From positions 633,337 through 697,335 of the forward strand of contig CT868429.1 in NCBI GenBank assembly GCA_000165425.1: a DNA stretch of 63,999 nucleotides. Direction: 5' to 3'. Under the pieces are notes generated by a model. That model worked only from the letters and a program-made list of their open reading frames with translations. It searched no databases and was not told where the DNA came from. Numbering within the stretch: the first letter of the stretch is position 1; each line of letters begins with the position of its first letter. The translations under genes were made by a program, and so were the position numbers. Shown here one piece after another: positions 55,170-63,999 of the stretch. Source of the DNA: Paramecium tetraurelia. Taxonomy: Eukaryota.

Positions 55170-57114
55170 ATGTTAATATTAATATTTGCATCTCTGATCC
55201 ATTTGGGATTAACAGATCATGAACTTTGCATCCAATAACTGAATGAATTTCTTAGTTTACCTTTGCCTATTAAATATGTGGTGGCACCTAAACAAATATA
55301 AATGTCTGGAGATTGGGCTAACAAATTTGGATATTATGATATGTGCTTGAGAGAAGAGTATCATTATTCATCGGTCATGATAAGACAAAATCCAATGACA
55401 TTCTTTTATGGATTTTGCCACACAAATATCTGTGAAGCAGATGATTTCAATTAACCGGATGCTCAAGAGATTATAAAGGATAAATTAGGAAGCAGCATAG
55501 TTTCATAAATGTTACCAGTAATCAATTAAATTTATAATCAAGATTAATCTAGGTTCTGCTAGTTATCTGTTTGCTAATCCAGTAACACATTATCCAGATT
55601 TTAGTGTTGGTGCTTATTCAGCTGTCATTATCATTTTCATTCTTTTCTGTTTGGGATTGATTGATCCATATAAAAGATTACTTGATGCCTTAACTAATTC
55701 TGAAATCAAAAAACCTAAGGGAATAATAGGCGATTTTTCTTTAATTGAAAATTATAAGAAATTGATGAATCTTAAAACTATTGATCCAAATTTGGCTATT
55801 TTTAATGGAGTTAGAGCTATAGCATTTATGATGGTTGTTTATGGGCATTCATCATTATTAATAATATAAGCCACGTTTCAAACTGAATTATTAGTAGCTT
55901 TATAATCTTAAAGAGCGATAATTACAGTGGACATGCTCTATTCAGTCGACATATTTTTTTGGCTCGGTGGATTTTTTATGGCATTTGTTATGTGTGAGAC
56001 AAAAAGAGCAAAAGCATTGGGTAAGAATCCAGCATCACTATTCCTTGTTATATTACACAGATTATTAAGAATTTGGCCTTGTTATATCATATGTATTATG
56101 ATTAACTCATACATATTGCCCTATTTAGGGGGAGGACCTAGATGGTGGTCAGCAATGAATTATACTGATTGTGCTGCAGGAGCTTTTAGAAATCTTCTAT
56201 TTATTGATAATTTTTTCCATGATTGGGATCTTTGTTTTGGATGGGGTTGGTATCTCACTTCAGATATCTAGTTATTTATTATTTGTTTGATTCCAATGAC
56301 TTGTTATGCTCTTGGTTATAAAAGAATTTCAAAATATTTGATCACTGGTATGATAATCTCCTCCGTAATTTACGGTATTGTTCTATGCTTTTAATATGAT
56401 TTCCTAATTCCTGCAAAAGTTACAGGAAATTAAGATTTCTATTATACTTATTATGTAAACAGTTTAGCCAGAGCTCCTCCTTATTTCTTTGGATTATTAA
56501 TGGGTATGCTTTATAGAGAATTTAAATAAAAAGAGGAAAACTGTTTTTTAGGATTATTACACGAAAAAGCAAAAGATCCAAAGTTTAGATTACTCTTCTA
56601 AATTACTTGTTATCTTTTAGGCTTTGGAATCATTTCTTGGTTAGTTTTTGGGTGGAAATCAGCCTACTTATCACCAGATCCTACATATTGGTCATATTGG
56701 TTTCAACATCTTTATAGTGCACTTTGCAGATTGACTTTTGTTTTTGGAGTTGCATGCTTATGTCTTCCAAATATGATAGGAATTTATGATATGTAATTAC
56801 TCATTTATATGTTTAGATTTAATAGGAAAGCTATGAACAATTCTATATTTAAGTTTACTGCCAAAATATCTTTTGCCTGCTATCTCATTCATTACATGGT
56901 ATTATTAATACTGAATTACACATTTTATATAACTCCCACTTACATTACTTAAGATGTTATTTAATTATTTGTTGGCTGCACTGTCATCACAATGGTTGCT
57001 GGAGTATTTCTAACTTTGTTAGTGGAAATGCCATTTGGAACACTTCAAGTCAAAATAATAGATTCAATCACAAAGCCAAGAAAGCAAAAATAATAAGTTC
57101 TATTGGAACAATGA
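55170..57114 (+). CDS. Acyltransferase-3 (NRF-6-like) membrane O-acyltransferase, copy A
   Basis: Signal peptide; NRF-like SGDWANKFGYYDMC; FNGVRAIAFMMVVYGH; SVDIFFWLGGF; HRLLRIWP; WGWYLTSDIQ; LVEMPF; two introns. Confidence 0.88.
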
Positions 57115-57158
57115 AAATATATATATTTATATAAATAATAGTTATCAAAATAAAATTG

Positions 57159-59183
57159 ATGATCCTGCTAATATTCAATTTAGTAATCACCATTTCTTAT
57201 GCAGCTGATAATACGTCAGTCTGTATAGAGAACTTAAAATATTTGATTTCACAGCCCATTGATGAACAACTTGAAACAATCCTACCTTATTATTCTTTAT
57301 CAGGAGATTGGATTGGGAAGTTTGGATATTATGATAGGTGTTATCGAAATGACTACTCCTATACTTCAGTTGAAATTGATTAACAGCTCTTCAAATAATA
57401 TTATGGATTTTGCCATTCCAATATTTGTTCAGCTAAAGATTTCAATTCCAAAGATGGATAAGAAACTATTAAAAAAATATTAAATGAAAGTGGAATTTCA
57501 ACTCTATTCAATGTAAATAATGCATTTCAAAATAGATAAATCCAGATACAATATAGTTAAATTTCTATGATCCTAAATCTTATATTCCACATCCTAGTTG
57601 GGAAACATATGTTACCTCTGGAATTGTAATTGTCTTACTTATTCTTGTTACTATCGATCCTATTTTGCGATTTATAGCCGCATGTAAAAGCAGACATACT
57701 CCAGATGTTAGAGATCAAAGAACTTCTAGTCGCACTAGTTCTTTGGGACTAAGAGAAGGCTTATAGTAGAAGGATCAATATTAACCAACATCTATTATTA
57801 AAGATTTCTCAATTATTGTGAACTACAATAAAATAATCAATCTCAAAACTATAGATCCTAATTTAGCTATTTTTAATGGAATCAGAGCTATTTCGTTTAT
57901 GATGGTTGCTTATGGACATGTGAATGAAATGACTGCCATTTCCACTTATATTAGTGAAGTAAACATTTAATATAAATCCTGGGTTATTATACTTCTATAT
58001 GATATGATGTACGCAGTCGATATATTCTTTTGGGTAGGAGGTTTCTTTCTAGGTTATGTCATGTGTGAAGAAAGAAAGGCTTAAGCTCTAAATAGAAAAC
58101 CATAATCTATTATTTTAAGTATCACTCATAGATTAATGAGAATTTGGCCTTGTTATTTATTATGCATTGCCATCAACTCATATATTATTCCATATTTAGG
58201 AAGTGGGCCTCGATGGTTCTTAGAAGAAAGAGCAACCTAATGTCCTGGAGGAGCATGGAAAAATGCTCTTTTTATAGATAATTTTTATGAGGATTGGCTC
58301 ATTTGTTTTGGATGGGGTTGGTATTTAACATGTGATTTTCAATTATTTTTAACATGTTTAATACCAATTTTAATTTATTGTTTTGATTACAAGGTGTTTT
58401 CCAAAATTCTTATAATTTTAATGATAATTGGAACTTTAGGATGGACTTATTATCTAAGCGTTCATTATGATTTTCTAATACCAGGTAGGAATACTTACAA
58501 TCCAGATTATTATTACAAATTTTATGTTAGTTCATATGCCAGAGCCCCTCCTTATTTTTTAGGGTTGCTAATTGGAATACTTTATAGAGAATTTAAACAA
58601 TCAAAAAAGAGTGGAAAGATAACTTATTTACATTAATTTAGAGATTATGCATAAAGTAGTGGATAGAAATTGATCATGTAATTTTTTTGTTATGGATTGG
58701 GATTTGGCATTATTGGATATCTCTTTTTTGGGTGGAAAAAGGAATTTAATACAACATAGATGAGTTGGCCAAAATGGCTCCAACATATTTATCATGCATT
58801 TTGCAGATTTCTATTTACTTTTGGATTGACACTCATAGTATTACCAAATTTGATCGGAACATATGATATGTATAAATAATAACTATACTAGATTTAATTC
58901 TAAGTTTATGAATAACACCTTATTTAAATTGATGGCAAAGCTCTCCTTTACTATGTATCTTGTGCATTTGATGATAATTCTTATTTTGACAGAGACCTTT
59001 TATGAGACTCCAGCCTTTGCCTAATTAGACATGATCACTTGTTTTGTATGTGCTGTTGTGTTATCCATGATGTTTGGATTGTTATTGTCTTTATTAGTTG
59101 AATTACCCTTTGGAAATCTAGATACGCGAATAATAAAAATAGTTACTAGGCCAAAAAGAAAAGTAGACACTCTTTTAGATTGA
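57159..59183 (+). CDS. Acyltransferase-3 (NRF-6-like) membrane O-acyltransferase, copy B
   Basis: SGDWIGKFGYYDRC; FNGIRAISFMMVAYGH; AVDIFFWVGGF; HRLMRIWP; WGWYLTCDFQ; LVELPF; same intron positions as copy A. Confidence 0.88.
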
Positions 59184-59670
59184 TTTTTTAAATATATATA
59201 ATATATATAATGAAAATTGTTGATTTCTATTTAGAAAATGAAATTGTAAAAGTTCCATGTATTGATATATAATTTGTAAATATGAATAAAATTGATCATA
59301 CTTTTGATGTTTTCTATATGTCAACATTATAAAAAATTCTTTAAGTCTAGTATCTTTATAGAAATATCTCATTTAAATAGTGGAAATTATTCTATAGTTT
59401 TTTGAATTATTATGAAGCGTATAATCAGAAATTATACTCTCAGTTAAGGAAGGTAGATTAACATTATTCAAGCAACTAGAGTTCAATTGAGTCGTTAAGA
59501 AAGTTTTTTGAATTTTTTATTCTAACAACTAAAAATTAGAAACTACATAATTGAATAGTAGAGAATATTAATTTATAACTTAAATACCTATTGTGAAATT
59601 GATTGTCCAAAAAACGGAACTTGTTTATATTAACTTAGTCTTTATTATTTATTATTATTTATTGATTCAA

Positions 59671-62600
59671 ATGAAGAAGTTGTAAGTTTACTTCTTTTTA
59701 ATATTGATGATTGCCCTGACATGTAATATTTGCTTAATAAAATTAGTTTAAGAACAAATTAAATTTGGAAGCAATGTTTAGATTCATGATCTAGAAAAGT
59801 TGAATTCTTTAGAGTTCAGCGATTTAGATTGTGAAAAAGATTTACTTAAGTTGCAGCAATCATTACATACATGGATGGATATATTCAAAAATTAAAATGA
59901 TTTAGAGGATGATGTGAATAATCTATCAGCATTAAAACTCGTTATTACAAATATCAAAAACAATCAGAATCCTGAATTGCCAAGTATATAACACTTATTA
60001 ATATAGCACTGTTCAATTACAAATAATCCTATATTGAACTCGTAGATTCAATGGGTTCAAGTGATTAAACACCATTTAATTAATGGAGACTAGAAGGACC
60101 ATAAAAACTAATATAATCCATTAACTTCATAGAGCAAGCTCAATCATTTTAAGATGTCCTTGAATATTGCACTGAAATTGAGTAAATGATCAATCTTCTT
60201 ATAAACGAGAGAGAAGAAATAAAATAAGAACTCAACTCATAACAAGTAACAAATCTTCATTTCAGTCTAGATGATAGTGCAAAAACTGGATCAGAAGTCA
60301 AAGGAGGTTTAAGAAGCACTTGAATAATGCAAATTGCAAAAATAACAATAAACAATTAAATAGCCATAGCCATAACCATAACCATAACCATAAGTCAATC
60401 AATTAATAATTGAAGATAATGGATAAATACATGAATCATCTGTTGATCAAGAAAAACCAGTCTTTGAAAACACTATAGAAAAAGAATAGGAATTCGTAGA
60501 ATATGGATTTGGATATTGGTTAAGATTTTTGACTCTTTATCCAAAAAGATTAGAAAACAAGGATATACCCTGGTATTTCTTAAGCAGATTAACTTCTAAT
60601 AAGAATTATTAAAATATCGCAATGAATGATAGACTATTGGCATTATGGTTAGGTTAGGGATTCTATCATTTTACAACATGCGATGAATTGTAAAATTAAC
60701 CCAATGTCATTTAAAATGTAAATCACCATGAGGATATTGATGGATAATGGACTTATATTTATTATTCATATAGTTCTATTGCAAAATAGGCTATTGGAAT
60801 AATCCAATTTGGATAAGAATAACCATAATAAATAACTCATAATGTTCTACATACAAAGAGTAAATACTTGAGATTCCTAGTTGGTGGAAAGGACAATAAT
60901 CAATATCCTGGATTTAACGGTTAATTTTCATCAATATTCCTATCAACTAACCCTGGTGTCTTTGTTCCTACACTTGATAAATTTACTGATTCATTTAAAA
61001 CAGTTAAAATGCCAGCATCAGATTTTGAATCTATATTTAGAGTTTAATTGATAGACGAAGAAATTAATAGAAATCCCTCTCTTGAAGGAGATTACATGGC
61101 AGTAGGAGGAGGATCGAAGAAATTTCCTCTTGAATATTCTATTAGTGGTTGGTTCAAATGGGAGGAAATTGCTTAATAAGTATGGCATTCAGTCTTTCGG
61201 GTACAAATTAACAAACCATCAACAGATAAGTTTCTTGGAGACAGAACCTTGTGTATGTTCATAGGAACTGCCTAAGGAGGAATATTTCACTTTCCAACTT
61301 ATTCATACAAAAACATGAAGGGAGAAGGCACTTCTAATTTAGTCAATAACATTCCCCACAAAAACAAACATCTGGATTGGTTTTTTGTGTATTTTGGCTA
61401 TTCTAAGAAATTAAAAAAGGCATTCGTATAAGTTAGATTGTCATCTGGAATTGAAACCCTAGAATACAATGATGTTAATCATTATTATACCCCTCAATTT
61501 CATACATATGTTGGAAAAGACGAACACTTCCCAGGCTTTAATGGTAAAATTGCATATGTAAACTTTGTTCTTGGATCAGGATCTTATAGAAATAAACCAG
61601 ATTTCATAATAAAAGATGATTTATTTGGATATGATGTTGGAAATACAAACCTTATCAAAAAAGTTGAAAAGTAAATTGATGATTAAACTACAGTCAATGA
61701 ACTAGATTGTGAAACTCTAAAATAACCTGAAGAAATAAAACCTGCACTTTAAGACAATGAAGATAGAGAAGTATCTATTGATTCTACTGAACCTGTATTT
61801 GAAAAAGAATATGAGGAATCTCCCTAAATTTATGGGTACGGTTTCTGGCTCAGGTTTATGCATGCTTATCCTCAAAGACTATTATAAGGTAGAACTGCCC
61901 CTTGGTATTTCATTTCTCGATTGACTTCAAATAGAAAATATGATAATGTGTAAATGGGGGATAGATTATTGGCTATATGGTTAGGATAAACATTTTACCA
62001 TTTCACTACTTGTGACACTCAAAAGAATTAAGCCAATATTATTTCAAATATTGATTATCCTAAAGATATTGAAGGAGTTTGGACATACATCCATTACTCT
62101 TACAACAAATTAAGTTAGACTGCAAATTCATTTATAAGTTACTCAAAATCTGATATTTAATCTGCAAGCATCTAAGCTTAACATCCAGATATCAAGTATT
62201 TGAAATTCATATTTGGAGGCAATGATCAAAAAAGATATCCTGGATTCAACGGATTCATTTCGAAAATTATGATCACAATTTCAATGGATAACTATATTGA
62301 AAATAAAGATGAATTTGTAGCCTTTGTGTCTAAATTAGAATAACCTAATGTCGATCTTACTAATTTAATTGCTTATTAATTGATTGAAAATGAAACATAA
62401 CGATAAGACTCTGATGACTCTGTCAATTAAACTTTAAATGATAAAAATTAGAGATTCCCTAATGAATACTCTTTGAGTGGCTGGTTCAAATGGACTGGAC
62501 CTTAGAGATCAGCATGGCACAATATCTTTAGAGTCTAAATCCAAACTCCTTCAACAGATGTTTATTTGGGAGATAGGACTTTATGTATGTGGCTTGGTTC

Positions 62601-63999
62601 CATAGAAGGAGGAGTGTTACATTTTCCAACCTACTCATATGATGTCACCAATCCCAAAGGCAATCCAAATTATTATCAAAATATTAAACACAATCAAAGA
62701 CATTTGGAATGGTTCTATGTTTACTTTGGATATTAGAAAACAACTAAATTATCATATATTTAAGTAGCTTGGCCTACAGAAACACAGGATTTATTGTATT
62801 AAGATATCAACCATTATTTGACTCCTTCTTTTTACATATTCGTTGGAAAGGATAAATTCTATCCAGGTCTATCAGGAAAGTTAGCTTACGTTTACTTTAA
62901 TCTTGGAAATGGATCCTTTAAAACTAAAAACGATATCCCAGATACAATAGAATCATACTTGAAAGGTAGTCAAGTAATAAAACCTTAGATTCCAATCCCA
63001 AAAAAACAATAATAACCTATTTAAGAAGTCAAAAAATCTGAAGTATAACAATAATAATAATAATCTCCAGTTAAAGATGTTCGTCAACCTGAATAATAAT
63101 AATAATTGAATAATTAAGAACCAGTTCCTTATGATAATTTAAATAACAATAATGTGGATAAATATTCAGATACTCCTGAATTGAATCCTAACAAGTCTGA
63201 TGATAAAATTTAATAGCCAGATTGTTAAGAATAGATTCAGGATTAAGATACTCCTCTTGTTCAACCAATTTCAAAAAAATAGGATGACATTATTATCAAA
63301 TAGAATGAATAAACATAATAAATTATAGGTAATTCTGTAGAAGAGAAAAAAGAAGTCTCTGTAAGTGAGTAAAGTAATATAATTAATCAAGAAATTGAAT
63401 AAGTTAATAAAATAATTAGTACAAAAGATGAAAAAAATCAAACAACAAATGAAACTACTAAGTAAACAAATGATGTAATATCAACTACAAATAGAGAAGC
63501 ACAAAAGACAAATGAAACAATTTAACAAAGCAATAAGGTTGATCAATAAAAAGATTTGAAAATTTAATAAAATGATAAAGTTATTAATTAAACAGGTGAG
63601 ACAACTTAACGAAGCAATTAGGCAAGCTAATAAACTGACTCGACAATTTAAAAGACGAATAAATCTTAACAATAAACAGATGAAATTATTTAACAAAATA
63701 ATAACTCGATTCAGTAAACAGATGAAATAATTCAATAAAGTAATAAGTCTATTTAGTAAACAAATGAGACATCTTAATAAAATAATAAAGCAGTTTAATA
63801 AACAAATGAGACAATTTAATAAAATGAAAAATCAAATAAGTAAACAAATGAGATCAATTAATAAAACAATAAAGAGACAACTTAATAGAGTAATAAAACT
63901 ATATAGCAAACAAATGAGACAACTGAATAGAATAATAAAGTGATTCAGTAAACTAATGAAACATCTTAATAGAATAATAAAGTAGTTTAGGAAACAAAT
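59671..63999 (+). CDS. Large secreted protein with duplicated ConA/LamG-like beta-sandwich module pairs and a Gln/Asn-rich tandem-repeat region; 3' end outside window
   Basis: Signal MKKLQVYFFLILMIALT; three 5' introns. Modules EYGFGYWLRFLTLYP..DRLLALWLGQ..YHFTTCD and EYSISGWFKW..GDRTLC..HFPTYSY each occur twice. The fold assignment is inference. Confidence 0.75.
60361..60393 (+). repeat. Coding hexanucleotide repeat (TARCCA)n encoding a (Gln-Pro) linker
   Basis: TAG CCA TAG CCA TAA CCA TAA CCA TAA CCA TAA, in frame. Confidence 0.85.
63430..63999 (+). repeat. Coding 21/42-nt degenerate tandem repeat (QQNNKxx / QQTNETx)
   Basis: Recurrent AAACAAATGAGACA and AATAATAAAG units at 21-nt spacing. 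Confidence 0.85.

Larger units (their letters stand above)
1..63999. other. Ciliate (Paramecium-like) macronuclear DNA, genetic code 6, tiny spliceosomal introns
   Basis: Conserved proteins (mitochondrial carrier, FtsH, kinases, PEX11) read through in-frame TAA/TAG and end in TGA. Frame shifts are resolved by 19-30 nt GT..AG introns. Intergenic gaps are often 40-150 nt. Confidence 0.96.

Noticed and set aside
59412..59789. ~125-codon code-6 ORF overlapping the start of the last gene
   Set aside because: No recognisable content. With TGA as the only stop, ORFs of this length arise by chance, and it overlaps a well-supported gene in another frame.
60361..60393. (CCATAA)n as a telomere-like repeat
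   Set aside because: It does not match Paramecium C4A2/C3A3 telomeric repeats and is an in-frame Gln-Pro linker.
1247..63735. Supplied short ORFs as independent small proteins
   Set aside because: They were computed with TAA/TAG as stops. They are fragments of longer code-6 genes or shadow ORFs on the opposite strand or frame (for example 1247+, 27377+, 50749+, 63481-).
63430..63999. Tandem repeats as a CRISPR array
   Set aside because: Degenerate contiguous coding repeats with no unique spacers, in a eukaryotic gene.

Overview
Macronuclear DNA of a Paramecium-type ciliate. The sequence is AT-rich, reads in genetic code 6 (TAA/TAG = Gln, TGA the only stop), has 19-30 nt GT..AG introns and very short intergenic gaps. 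The supplied ORF track uses TAA/TAG as stops and therefore fragments real genes. I re-read the window in code 6 and find about 20 genes plus several decayed ones. In order: a partial Cys-rich surface protein; a class II (metallo-beta-lactamase) cyclic-nucleotide phosphodiesterase with two cNMP domains; a TM-RING E3; a trichocyst-matrix-like protein; PEX11; an unknown protein; a kinase with EF-hands; a ~21.5 kb gene for a ~7,100-aa surface protein; an unknown ORF; a vWA protein; a mitochondrial oxoglutarate/dicarboxylate carrier; two tandem RING-CH E3s; an acid ceramidase pseudogene; a MAP3K; YME1/FtsH; an HTH protein; two tandem acyltransferase-3 genes; and a partial secreted repeat protein. 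The most notable item is the giant gene, which is built from about nine ~620-aa super-repeats and has a single unexplained 1-nt frame break at ~31925. All calls come from manual reading, with no database searches.
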